In this document: positions 13,169 through 27,535 of the stretch, piece by piece
How the letters are laid out: every line of letters begins with the position of its first letter
Numbering within the stretch: the stretch's first letter is position 1
Assembly (NCBI GenBank): GCA_951406725.2
Contig: OX597821.1
Coordinates: 47,120,001 to 47,184,000, forward strand
Direction of reading: 5' to 3'
Source of the DNA: Octopus vulgaris
Lineage: Eukaryota
DNA: 64,000 nt
Translations under genes and position numbers: made by a program
Notes under the pieces: generated by a model
Databases searched by the model: none
What the model was told of the DNA's origin: nothing
What the model saw: only the letters and a program-made list of their open reading frames with translations

Positions 13169-14460
13169 CGAGGGGCGTTCAATAAGTAATGCCCCTGACC
13201 CACTTACATTTGTTTGATCTAGCTGAAATTTTGCATGTGCAATTATTTACATCTCTATAGATTAAGTGGCAAATTACAGCTCTGAACTAATTGTGGTTTC
13301 CTATTTTACAGTTGTTTGAACTGAGGCAAGTGTGAAATGGAGCATGTTGAGTGTCGAGCAAGTGATCCGATTTTTGTATTTGAAAGGACCCACACCATGG
13401 GAGACTTTTGATGAAATGAAAGTAACTTATGGTGATGATGCCCCATCATATGACCTTGTAAAACGCTGGCATCGTGAATTCAAACATGGTCGGAACTCTG
13501 TGGAAACAGCTCCCAGATCTGGTTGCCCCCTTCTGCCATTGATGAGGCATCTGTCTGTCAAGTTGAGGCTGCCATTTTGGAAGATCGACGCATAACTATT
13601 CGCCAAATAGCCCATGAGGTCAAGATTAGTACCGGGTCTGTGGAAACTATCATTCATGACCATTTGCATATGCAAAAGGTGTCTGCCAGATGGATTCCCA
13701 GGTTGCTCACACCTTTCCAGAAGCAAGAACACGTCGATTGCTCGAGGATGAATTTGGAGATGTGCCAAGAAGATGAGTCAAAATTTTTCAAAAGACTGAT
13801 TGCATAGGATAAAACCTGGCTCCATCACTATGATCCAGAGACCAAAGCCCAGTCAATGCAGTGGAAGCACCGTGACTCACCTCCTCCAAAGAAGGCAAGG
13901 GTGCAGCCCTCCGCTGGCAAGGTCATGCTTACAGTCTTCTGGGACCAGGACGGAGTAGTGAAGACAGATTTCCTGGCAAAGGGTGCCACAATTACAGGAG
14001 TCTATTATGCTTCACTTTTGAGGAAATTAAGAGAAGCTATCAAAATCAAGAGGCGGGGCAAGATCAGCAAAGGCATCCTCCTCCTGCAGGACAACGCTCC
14101 GATCCACAACTCGCGTGTCGCCAGATCAGAAGGACAGGCGTGCAGCTATGAACTCATCCCCCATCCCCCTACTCTCCTGACCTTGCACCCTCTGATTTTC
14201 ACCTCTTCCCAGCCATGAAGTTGTTTTTGAAAGGAAAGCGTTTCCCATATGATGCAGCCTTGATTTCTGAAGTCACGTCGTGGTTGGAGGACCAAGCTGG
14301 GGTCTTCTACAAAAACGGTCTTCAGAGCTGCATCAAACGATGGGAGAAATGCGTAACTCTGGGTGGTTCCTATGTAGAAAAAGACAATGACTGTTCCAAG
14401 TTTCGTTGCTCTACTGCTATGGGAAGTGGGTCAGGGGCATTACTTATTGAACGCCCCTCG
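13169..14460 (+). mobile_element. Young full-length mariner element (irritans/Hsmar2-like TIR)
   Basis: Perfect 37-bp TIRs (13169-13205 / 14424-14460), TA target duplication, 1292 bp. Confidence 0.97.
13337..14390 (+). pseudogene. Mariner DD34D transposase pseudogene (a few frameshifts, one stop)
   Basis: HTH region, WIPRLL, IA*DKTWLHHYDPETK, LLQDNAPIH, SPDLAPSDFHLF and KRWEKCV across ORFs 13332, 13523, 13856 and 14215. Confidence 0.93.
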
Positions 14461-15008
14461 TATAAGTTATTCATGTCACACATTGATAATTCCAAGCCTA
14501 TTTTTGCTGGGGTTTTTATGCTGTTGTTTTGTTGTTGTTTTGCTATTTCCTCATTGTTTGGCCTTTATTTTAACTCATTAGTTATTTCTCCTTTGTCCGA
14601 GACTGAAATATTTCTTTCTTCTTCAATATCTCTTTTCCTTTCTCTGTTTCTTGTCACAGGTAGAGTTTTTTTTTTTTAATTATGAAATCAATGATTATTT
14701 CAACGTAAACTTTGTGAAAGAGAAAGAGAAGAACAACATGCCTTCATTCATTACCATATTTAAGGGTTTCTCTCTTTATTCTATGTTTAAATCCTTTGGG
14801 GTCTTCTCTCCATGCGTGTCATCCCTTCCGAGTCAATAACATATCAGTATAGGAGGCTCGGTTCTTCATGTTATAAACCATACGCTGCAACATTTCACAT
14901 TGCACATCCACATTTTTTCTTCTTTTAGCAACAATTAATCCAATTATTCAGGCTAAACCTCGCTCTCTCTCTCTCTTTCTCACTCTCACTCCCTACATAT
15001 ATGTATCA

Positions 15009-15104
<96 letters not shown>

Positions 15105-15106
<2 letters not shown>

Positions 15107-15252
15107 TTCCGCCTACCAAATCCACTCACAAGGCTTTGGTCGGCCCGAGGCTATAGTAGAAGACACTTGCTCAAGGTGCCATGCAGTGGGGATGAACCCG
15201 GAAGCATGGTTGGAAAGCAAGCTTCTTACCACACAGTCACTCATGCGCCTAT
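15105..15252 (-). mobile_element. SINE family B head
   Basis: Reverse complement of taggcgcatgagtgactgtgtggtaagaagcttgc..gggttcatcccc..gcaccttgagcaagtgtcttctactatagcc. Confidence 0.85.
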
Positions 15253-15282
15253 TTTATACATATATATATATATATCATCCTC

Positions 15283-15322
<40 letters not shown>

Positions 15323-16124
15323 GCTATTTATTTATATTTCTATCTCTCTTTGCTTTTCACCCTATTTCCCTTATTCCCCTTAATTTATCTGCTCTTTCTA
15401 CACCTTCAGCTTGCACTAATGTTTACATAAAATACACAAAACAACTCTACTGCATATTTTCCCTTCATTCATTTCATAATATGAAGTTACAAAAGACCCA
15501 AATATAAAAGCAAGATAATACATTGTCCTATGTATCTTTTTTAAAAAGACAGAATGGGATGCTCAGGGGAACATTTCGCAACCATTTCTAACAGGTCGAA
15601 CCACTGAGTAAAGATCTCCCCTTGTAGGATCAAAGTAAGCTTAGTTTTTTAATCTCATATCTGTCCTAATCATCCCCTCTGCTTCTATATCAAATACCGC
15701 ATTGTTTGATACATCTTTTATTAAAGACTGTGAGAAATGAGGGAGATTAGACCGTTATTTCCATGATCCCGGTTTACCATCTAGAACCGTAATGGACAAA
15801 TTACGCCCGCAGAACTTTCTGAAGGGCATTCTACCTAAAGTTACCGTGGATATTTTTAGTAATGCGGCACACACGATGATTAACTTTCTCTCATGCAGCC
15901 TGCTTCTCTAAAAAGGTTGCCTATGCTTAATATAGAAGCTTCGATTTTGAATACAAAGACCAGCTGACATGCGATGACGGCACCTGATATTGAGAAAAAT
16001 ACTGTGAGACCTGATGGTACTAACATCTACCAGAATACAATTCTATCTCTCTCTTTCTCTCTCTTTCTTTCTCTCTTTCTTCCTCTCTCTCTTCCTTTCT
16101 TTTATACTTTCTGTTTCATTTCAG

Positions 16125-16131
16125 AGAAGTG
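16125..16131 (+). other. Candidate 7-nt micro-exon (AGAAGTG)
   Basis: TACTAAC at 16018-16024, long pyrimidine tract, tttcag acceptor (AG 16123-16124), gtgagt donor at 16132-16137. Confidence 0.35.
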
Positions 16132-16749
16132 GTGAGTGTAAAAGGTGTGAGGTATGAATTATATTTCTTTATTTCATAGATATATATTTCTGTAATTCAT
16201 ATCCATCTGACTTTTTATCTGTCCACCCATCTCTCTATCCAACCATCCATGTACGGTGTGCATGTGTGGTAGTTTTTGAAGGCAGGGTAGACCGTATTTA
16301 GCATATATATATATATATAGATATACTAACGTAAGCTTCATTGAAATTAAGACATGGTTTGTGTACCCTGTCAAATTGTGTGACATCTAGAAATTGTCAT
16401 ACATTTCTGGTTATGTAATCATATCTGCATAATTCATTTTAGCTTATCTATTTCGATACAGGATGGATGCTGAAAATTGTTAAGCTCTTCTCTATGTGAG
16501 TCAAAGATTTTCTACATATAAATATTCTAGAAACCCTTATAAGGCACGTGATTAATTGGTACTCTTGGTTAATTAGAATATTTAGTTTAATGTGACATTT
16601 AGTTGTATGTTATTTCAGCTTAACGGTAGTTTAGTGTTACCTCCAGAATGTTTCGTCCTGATGTAGAGAGTCACGTCACCTTGGCTTATAATGTTTCGAA
16701 CTTACATCTGAGGAGTTAGGAGCAACAAAAGTAGCCAGTATTTCGATGT

Positions 16750-16872
16750 TGTATTCCACCTTTCATCCTTTCAGATTCGATGAAATAAGTACCAGTTGTG
16801 CACTGGGGTTGATGTAATATGCTGGTCCCTTCCCCAAAAACATTTCAGGTCTTGTACTTATAGTAGAAAAGA
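16750..16872 (+). mobile_element. SINE family A 3' fragment (alternative tail)
   Basis: cctttcatcctttcag..agtaccagttgtgcactgggg..cttatagtagaaaagaat. Confidence 0.7.
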
Positions 16873-17349
16873 ATATTTTGATATTGTAAGGTGCATAAAA
16901 TGTAATAACAAAAACAGTGACCAGTTGTTGTTGTTGTTATTGTTATGGTGATGGTGGTGGTGGTTTTGGTGGTGGTGGTGGTGGTGGTTTGATTAGCCCA
17001 CGTCAATCCTGATCGGGTGGAGGTATTCCAGTTCCTTCCAGGTTAATATAACTGGCATTGCATCCTTATAACTAAGGCTACATAGGTTTTAAGACGGTAA
17101 AGTGTGATATGAGGAAGATTTGGGTGTTATTTCTATAGTTTCATTGTTGATTGTCTTTAGTATTTGCCTAAACAGTAAAATAGGTATCAGTAACGTAAGC
17201 GTTCAAATATTGTCAACAACATAACTTCACATGACGTAAAATGAGATATTTTGGCTCGTCACAATATATGCATAAAACGTCTTGTTGCATAATGATATGC
17301 ATATATTTTCCATGAACCCACATGTATATAAATATTTACTGTGAATATA

Positions 17350-18150
<801 letters not shown>

Positions 18151-18665
18151 ATTTATTATATAATCGGGAAAGGTTGGACAATATCTCTGACCTTTGTGAA
18201 ACCCCGGGGACTGATGAGATCAATAAATTGATGTTTAACTTCCATTTCTACATGTTAATGCATGTAAGAGACACATGTGCAGAGAGAAGAGACAGCACAT
18301 CTGTGACCAAGTGCATGTAGCATGTTGCACTGCCTGTTTGAGAGGATTGGCGTGGATAGATAAACGAAACTTCACTATCACTTACATTTGAATTTTCTAG
18401 AAGGTCACCAACGGTTCAGACTTGAGGTAGATTCTGGCGCTTAACACAACGCATCTGTGTACGTTTACATATTCCAATACATTTGGGGTCAACTCAATCT
18501 ATATTCATGAATATCTATTAAAATTGCTCCATAATTTATCTAAGCTTTCAGTTTCAAGTATTTGCCATGGATGAAAGGGACTTTAGAAGTATGAATCTAC
18601 TATTTCAACAGTTTTAATACATATGTAGTTTTAATACACGAGCATGTTTGTGTGTGTGTGTGTGT

Positions 18666-18696
<31 letters not shown>

Positions 18697-18899
18697 CCCG
18701 CACACGCACGTACGCAGTAATAAACATTTTGTCCACTGCAGTAGTTTTCTACGACTTTTCACAAAAAATCATACTACGGTCCATTCTTCTGTGGTTGAGA
18801 CAAGATACATGACTTCTGCTCTGACTCCTCCCTCAAGACATTCAAATTATTAGTAATGTCATGTATAGCAGCTAAATGAAGCAGATCATGCCACGCTGA

Positions 18900-20100
18900 A
18901 CGTAATCTAGAAGATTGTTGCTCTCCAGGAAATCATTTACTCTCAATCTCAATACATTTATATCAATGTTATGTAATATTAGTTAATAGTTAACTGCAAT
19001 TGTGTTGGGGGTTTTTGTGCAAATATGGAATGACGAACTGTGCTAGAAAATATTCAAAAATGTTCAGTTAAAGAGCATGTATCCCAAATTAACGAGATGA
19101 GATGCAATTGATGTCGATTTTACTTCAAGACACTAGCAAAGTATCTATCGAGGCCTATTGCTGAGTTGTGCTGTGATATCGGGGAAGCTAAAGATAACGT
19201 TAGGGAGGATATTTTGAGGATTTAACGTCATTGATACGGCCAAAGTCAAACACATCAGGATCACTGGAAACGAAGCAGCTTTGTTAACTGTCCGTCATTT
19301 CTATAGTATCGTTGCGGAGAATGCTGTTTTGATTAGTCTGTGGACCGGTAGATCAAGAAGTGACCATCTCTTTTATAATAAAACTGAACACTTAGAATCT
19401 TAATTAATTTGTCAATACTTCAGTCTTCCTCGGCAAAACTTAATAATGATGGCCTTAATGATGTTCCGGACATGACACATTTCCTTTTTTTATTCCGGTG
19501 ATATTTCTATGATCTGGGAGGCCGAGTTGTCGCTACTGCATTATTTCAGCTGACAGAGCTTTGTTTTCCTGTGAGCCTGCATCTATTTTTATTCAAAAAG
19601 TTTGATGTGATGCTGTTTGAACATATGTTAATAACTGTATCTTAAAATATCTGCCAAGATAGTTTGATGATGGTGGGTAGGAAAAACAGAGCGACAAATG
19701 ATAGACCGTGAATAAATCTATCCTAGTTTGCTTTCGGTAGGTCTATATTATGATGTAGGAACACCAGGGAAGGAGTAGGTTCGGTCTGCATTTTGAATGG
19801 TGAAATTAGAGGTTACAACATAGAGGTTGCAAAATAGCATATCACGATCTCAGCGAAGAAAGTCTAAACAAAGTTATGACGAATAAAGCTGACGTGGTAA
19901 CATATTAATTGATCTAAAACATCTTTAGGGGTCACTACTGGGACTTTCGCTGGAGTACGAGTTGAGGTACGAAAAATGATTGTTCATAAAATTTAACAGT
20001 ATCACAACAACTCCCTTGTCAGTGGTTGAGATTGAAATACATGCTTTCGAAATACTTGTAGATTATTCCACGCTGCCAAAGATACAATCAGTAATCGTAA
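18900..20100 (-). mobile_element. Possible highly decayed LINE (RTE-like) remnant
   Basis: Non-simple sequence with weak RT-like peptides on the minus strand. No intact motif. Confidence 0.3.
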
Positions 20101-20684
20101 ATTGGTTCTGAAAGATATATAATTCAGTAAAATATTTAATTTTACGGAGACACTCTCGAAAGCTTAAGGTTACCTGTAGAACACAGTTACAGTCATGCCA
20201 GTATATACGCATATGTATCCTGTGTATACATACATACATACATACATACATGCATACATACATACATACATACATACATACATACATACATACATACATA
20301 CATACATACATAACATACATAGAGACAGACAGACATATAGAGACAGAAAGAGGAAATGCAAGAGAAAGTGCTAGATACATATGGAAAGATCAAAAAGCAA
20401 TTTAATGTGCATCTATGCACGTGAAAATTTTTGATTTCATTTACTGTATAACGGTGTGAGGTTTCACGTCCCACTTTTCAACCTCTATAGCACCATCATT
20501 GTCTTCATTTGGGATTATAAAGATTATTCACTACAAATTTTGCACACACTGACCCTGCATATACAAGAACACATATGCACAGACACTTTCTTTCGCCTTC
20601 CCTCTTTCACAGACATCAATATATATATACACATATATATATATATGTATGTATATATATATATATGTATGTATATATATATGC

Positions 20685-20826
<142 letters not shown>

Positions 20827-21546
20827 TATATGCTGCTCAGGGACCGAGATTTTCGTGCGTTCTACTTGAGCCACTTATGCTATATACACTGCTTTTGCGT
20901 ACTGAGTTCTATTTTTCTTCCATGCGTGTCTAATTATTAAGATATATGCACATATAGACAATGATTTATGTATGTATATGTATGTATAAATATTTAGATA
21001 TACATAGGTATGTATATATATACATATGTACATATACATATGTATACATACATATATATATATATACACATATATACATATATATATAGTATGTACATAT
21101 AATATATATGTATGTATATATATGTATATATACATATGTATATGTACATATGTATATATATACATACACACACATATATGCACATTTATATATATGCATA
21201 CATTTATACATACATATATATACACATATATATATATACACATATGCATATACGCACACATACATACTGACACACACACACATATATATATTATATATAT
21301 CTGTATATATGATATATATATATTTACTTATATTTATTTTCATAATTGTGTGGTGTGGAGCTTACTTAGTTTATCTGTGTGCGTATGGCCTAGATAATGC
21401 TTGCATATAAGTGTGTGTACATATCTACGTGCAAAGGTTTCTATGTGTAGCTGTGTGCAACTACGTGTATCAATATGTGTGTACACATATTCTATTCCAA
21501 ATACGATAACCATTTTGGGGGAAAGCTTAAAATAGAACAAGAACAT

Positions 21547-22816
21547 TCATAGAGGAAGCAGTGTTGCGACGGTAATAGCAGAACGTACAGTTTCAACCGA
21601 TAGCAACAACATCAACACCAGTAGTAGCAACAGCAGTATTAGTAGTAGTGGAAGGCAGCGAAAGATAGTTGCAGCTGCAACGTCAGTGCCAATAGCTACT
21701 ATGGTAACCGTCTGGATAGAAGTAGCATTACCTGTAGCAGCCAACACAACTCAACATATGGAATTCACACAGCACCAACACCCTCAGCACCACCACCACC
21801 ACCACCACCAATTTCAGCAGCACAATGCTTGTTGTTGTTGTTGTTGTGGTGGTGGTGGTGGTAGTTGATATTGCTTTTGTTCCTTCTTGCTAATAATGTT
21901 GCTAATATTGCTGATGTTTCTGGTGCTGGTGTTGTTAATATTGTAGTAGTTGCTGTTGTTGTTGTTGTTGTCTGCCGCTGAAGATATTTCTTGCCATTAC
22001 TGTTTAACCCTAGGTCGCTCGCCTTTGATCAAATATACCTACGTTCAATATAGTATTCCAGCCATAACCATCCAGTCTTTTATCTATTTCTAGAATCACA
22101 TTGCCCAGTGTGCCCATGTAATTTTATACTGTTGGATATGATTTGAAAGAATTCGGTTGCTATTTCTAGAAATTCATGGAACCATTACTCCATATTTTTC
22201 TTCTTGTATTAGCTGGTGCCAATATTATTGTTGATATTGTTGTTACTGCAGTTGTTGCTAACTATAATGTTGTCGTTGTTTCTGCAGGTGTTCTTGCTGG
22301 TTCAGTTTTTCTTTTTGGTGCTAGCATTGCAGGTGCTGCTCTTGTTGCAAATCATGTCCTGCTTATAATTGTTGTTTTTGTACAGCTCCTAATATTGCAG
22401 CTGCTGTTCTTATCAACATTGCTATTGATAGTGCTACTGTCTTTCATGTTGCTGTTGTTGCTAGTCGCATTGCTGTTGCTAACGTTATTGTGGTTGCAGC
22501 TGGTAATACAGCTAATGTCATTGCTGCTGTTGATACTGTTGCTATTGGTCTGCAGCTGACGTTGCATCTATTGTTATAGCTGCTGTTGCAGCTACTCCTT
22601 GCTAGTGCTGCTGTTCTTGCTATAGTTATTGCTACTGGTATTGTTGCTATTGTTACTAATGTTGCATTCACTCCTGGTGTTGCCCTTGTTCTTTTTTGTT
22701 GTTGTGTTGATTCTGTTGCGGCGGGTGTTCTTGCTAATGCTTTTATAGTCTTTGTTTTTACTGGTTTAGCAGTTAATGCCTACCGCCGCTTTTACAATCA
22801 TAGCTGCCGCTGCTGG

Positions 22817-22847
<31 letters not shown>

Positions 22848-23676
22848 AAGCAACAAGACGGGTAAGGGTGATTAGGTGGTGGTCTAGGGCTTAGGGGCGG
22901 GAGATCCCAGACCCTGGGAAAAAAAACTTTGGTCGTCTTCTTGTAGTCAAGGGCTCTTCGTTGACGACCGACACCACTGGGAGGTGGCCCTCGAAGTCGC
23001 TGGAAATGGAGATCTCCAGGTCCAAGTTTTTGGACGGCACTGATGGTGTTGTGGTTCCTACCGTTGCTGCTGTTACTGATAAAGTTGGTTTTATTGTAGC
23101 TGTTGCTAATGTTGATAATGTGACTGCATGCGTTGCTAATAGTGTCACTCTTGTTATTGTTGTTGCTGTTGTTGTTGTTGTTGTTGATGATGATGATGAT
23201 GCTTTTGTTGCGGCTGTTGTTGATAATGCTGTTGCGTTGTTAATGCTGCCTTTACATATGTTGTTGCTATGCCGTTGTTGTAAATCTTCATTTCAGTCTC
23301 TCTGCCGCAGATCAATATGCAGAGACATTCCTCCAATAACCCCTCTCACTTTTATATCCAGACAAACTGTAACTCGAATTAAAATCTTCAGTATACATTT
23401 CTCCGGTCATTTGACAGACATTTGTTATAGGTTTGCGATCCTATGGCGAATCCCCCACAGGCTTGTTGCTAATGTTGTCACAAATGTTGCCGTTGTTTTT
23501 ACTGTTGTTGCTAATGGCCGAGCAACTGTAGCTATTGCCACTACTGTTATAATTACTAACGTAGTTAATGATGTTACTGTTATTTTAGATTTACAATTTC
23601 TGTCTGTCTGTCGCTCTTGCTCAAGCATTATTATTGTTGCCCGTCTCTACACTAGGAAGGGTTTCTTCTTCTTTCT

Positions 23677-23733
<57 letters not shown>

Positions 23734-23760
23734 TTACTACGGCTGCTGCTGCTGCTGCTA
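21547..23760. repeat. About 2-kb degenerate (GTT/GCT/CTA) trinucleotide low-complexity field
   Basis: Periodic gttgct/gttgtt runs and pure (CTA)n near 23677-23740. Confidence 0.85.
22848..23045 (-). mobile_element. GC-rich 5'-truncated retroposon 3' end with an (ACA)n tail
   Basis: Sharp composition change. Minus-strand ORF tail VPSKNLDLEIS..GSGISRP*, a short UTR, then (ACA)n at 22815-22847. Confidence 0.5.
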
Positions 23761-24235
23761 CATAAAGTCACAAATTTCGTGTGTGGTAGGGTATATTCGA
23801 CAGCAATAGATGACAGGTACTGGAATGGTGACTGGCAGAGGACAATCCGGTAGTATTCGAAAATAGTGCCTAAAAGAATATAACAAAATGCCGCATGACA
23901 GATGAGTTCAACACTCAACCGTTTCTCACGAGCGCTAATTCAAGAATTATTATGATTTCTAACAAAGAAGCAAATTAAAACAAAAATTATGAAGGTCCAG
24001 TCGATTGTGTGGACTCCAATAGCAGCCTGGTATATTGTTTTATCGACACCAGAAGGGAGAAAGACAAAATGGACATTCACAGGAATTCACAGAGCGTAAA
24101 TGATCGTAAATAAATACTGCCTATCTAAATACTCATGATAAGATGATGACGGTAGCGATGGTGGCCATCAATAATATAACATACAATATATATTTTGCTG
24201 TAAAACGACTCAACAATACGTACTGCTAATGACAG

Positions 24236-24350
24236 AAGGCGGCAGAAACGTTAGCACGACGGGCAAAATGCTTAGCGGCAGATGTCCATCTTTACGTTCT
24301 GAATTCATATTCCGTCGACGTCGACTTTGTCTTTCATCCTTTCGAGGTCC
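24236..24350 (+). mobile_element. SINE family A partial copy
   Basis: ggcagaaacgttagcacg..gtcgactttgtctttcatcctttcg. Confidence 0.75.
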
Positions 24351-24469
24351 TTATCGATTGCTGCCCTTACTACAAAAATTTGAAACGAAGATTATACAAT
24401 GACAGCATTGCTGAGTACACACACACACACACGCGCGCGCGCGTGCACACACACACACACACATATATA

Positions 24470-24520
<51 letters not shown>

Positions 24521-24947
24521 GTATGTATTGCTGAATAATATATATAGTAGTTAATATCGGTTGTACTGCTAATACCGTTTATCACATGCTAACTACTATT
24601 ACTACTACTAACATTTCTAAAACACATCAGACTAAACATATAATTATATTTTGTGGAATTAAATGTTTTTTTAATGATGATATTTTTGCAGAGTCAATTG
24701 TTCGCGCACACAAATACAAAAGCACGCCCAAATATACATACATGCATGCATACATACATACATATATACATACATACATATACAAAGAGAAAAATATTTG
24801 AGTTCGTGATAGACATGGATATATATGTATGTATGTATATATGTACATATACTCAGACACACACAGGTTTATTCGAAGCGTGATCGTCACTTTCCATGGT
24901 TAGCGTGTTATAAAGTGGAATAGATAGATTGATAGACAGACAGACAT

Positions 24948-25013
<66 letters not shown>

Positions 25014-25352
25014 GATAGATAAAAAGAGAGACGTTGAAAAATAGAAAGTAATGCAATACACAGTATTGGTGCAAGTCTAGTTTAGTAAAAATCAATAGTA
25101 TGTATATATTATTAAATTATACAGTCAATCAATATCTACTGTCTCACATAACGACGACAATGAGTAAAATATATATGCGTAAGTGCACGGGCATAGTGTT
25201 ATGTGTGTGTATTTACAACAATGAATGTGTGTACCTTCATGAATACATGCATATCTCACACACACAAACAACAGATGTATATATTTACATATACACATAT
25301 GTCTGAGTGCATGCATGTTTAAACACGTATATATGTGTTTGTGTATGTAAGA

Positions 25353-25424
<72 letters not shown>

Positions 25425-25559
25425 CACCTTGTCACTGTGTCGATCAGACTATTGTAAGTTGCTATGCACTGTTGGTCGCAATGAGATTCCTCGCATTGCT
25501 GTAGTTTCGAATGAGTCCTCCCTACCGCCCCCCTGTGACCGGAAAGGGAACAATTATAC

Positions 25560-25740
25560 ACCTGAACGGAACTCTAGTCCGTCACGGGATCACCGATTTA
25601 CAACAGAGTGAACAGGATGAACGTGAAATGAAGTATTTAGCTCAAGAATACAACGCAACACACTGCCGATCTTGGAATCGAAACCACGGTCTTGCGATCA
25701 TGAATGCAACATCTTAACCAGTAAGCCAAGCACCTTCGTG
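25560..25740 (-). mobile_element. SINE family C (tRNA-derived); related decayed copies near 27600-27790 (+) and 53480-53690 (-)
   Basis: Minus strand tggcttactggttaag (A-box), gtttcgattcc (B-box), ttcttgagctaaatacttcatttcacg. Confidence 0.6.
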
Positions 25741-25771
25741 CCTATGAACACGCATGCACATCCACACACAT

Positions 25772-25804
<33 letters not shown>

Positions 25805-26138
25805 CATTTATATATATGTATATATATATATGCATAGAATATATATCTGAGTGTGTGTATGTATATATATATATATATATACACAGACATGCATACATAT
25901 ATATATAATTAAAATAATAAGTGTGAAAAATTGAATACTATTTTGATTAATATCAATTTAAAACCAGTGGTCTAGCATATTAAAATCTGAAGATTCAGAA
26001 AAATTATATTACATACATATAAGAGGGATGACCACTACGTGGACATCCATTATGCTAGAAGTAGATCCACTATGCTCATACCACTAAGAAAGGACTGTTC
26101 TCATGAAAATTTAGCAAACGCCAGAATCCCGTCGGAAG

Positions 26139-26213
<75 letters not shown>

Positions 26214-26400
26214 TATTAGAATAGTAGATTCAGCTGAATTTGGTACTTAACTTCAGGTACTTTGCTAGTTCGGAATAATCTGCACACACCAACGATATTA
26301 TTTTAATATTGAATATCAGGACTCCCTCCAAGGGTATTTGTACCCTATATTCCTGTCGTGTGTGTAGGCAACACAACCCAGCTATCCGCTCTTGGTAATT

Positions 26401-26492
26401 CATATATATATAGGTTTCATAAAGGTGCAAATTCCAATTTAGGTGAACAGAATATAAATAAGTAACAAAGATGTACAAATATATACGTATAT

Positions 26493-26591
<99 letters not shown>

Positions 26592-27053
26592 ATTTCGTTT
26601 TGGGATTTGGTTTGCAAGATTCTTTATATGAGTTCGTGTGTTGAAGCATATTCTGTTGTGTCTGGGGAGAGTCATTCTCTTTTGGTGCCTTATTATTTAA
26701 CACACTCATAAGAAATAAGTGGAAATTTTACCGGTGAGTGTGTTAAATAATAAGGCACCAAAAGAGAATGACTCTCCCTAGACACAACAGAATATGCTTC
26801 AACACACGAACTCATATAAAGAATCTTGCAAACCAAATCCAAAAACGAAATATATATATAGACATACATATATGAAGAAATATATACATTTATAAACACG
26901 TATATATATGATATATACGTATATATTTGTACATCTTTATTACTTATTTATATTCTGTTCACCTAATTTGGAATTTGCACCTTTATGAAACCTATATATA
27001 TGTTAAATAATAAGGCACTAAAAGAGAATGACTCTCCCCAGACACAACAGAAT
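26401..27053. repeat. About 600-bp near-perfect palindrome plus a partial third copy
   Basis: Outer arms 26405-26500 / 26903-27002, inner arms 26590-26708 / 26735-26853, 26-nt spacer. Extra inner-arm copy at 27001-27053. Confidence 0.92.
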
Positions 27054-27144
27054 ATATATATATATAATCTAAAAAAATACATACATACATACATACATAT
27101 GTATGTATATATATATATATATATATTCATATCTTTTACCTTTT

Positions 27145-27287
27145 AATTACTTCAGTCATTAGACTCCGGCCAAGCTGGGGCACCACGTTGAATTTTACTC
27201 GAGCGAATGGACCAAAGTACTTGTTTTTGGTGGGGGACAAGCACAAACATCAAGTCATCACACACATGCACGAGCTCACACATGTAT

Positions 27288-27356
<69 letters not shown>

Positions 27357-27535
27357 ATATATGAATATGTATTTATACAGGACAAGTTTCGTAAAGTTTC
27401 CGTCTACAAAATCTATCCATTCATGATCTTCTATTACCTCGGGTGTCTTCTGCTATAGTAAAAAATTAAGTAGATATTTGCTCAAGCTGCCGGGCAGTAG
27501 GATTGAAACCAATGTCATGTGATTGTAAGCAGGTA
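27145..27535 (-). mobile_element. SINE family B decayed copy with internal (TA)n
   Basis: ttcagtcattagactccggcc..gcacca, gtttccgtctacaaaatc, ttgctcaagctgcc. Confidence 0.65.

Noticed and set aside
18205-18240. CTGATGA followed by a hairpin (atcaat/attgat)
   Set aside because: No GAAA or stem III follows, so it is not a complete hammerhead.
22176-23809. Hydrophobic, membrane-protein-like ORFs
   Set aside because: Products of a degenerate GTT/GCT triplet field.
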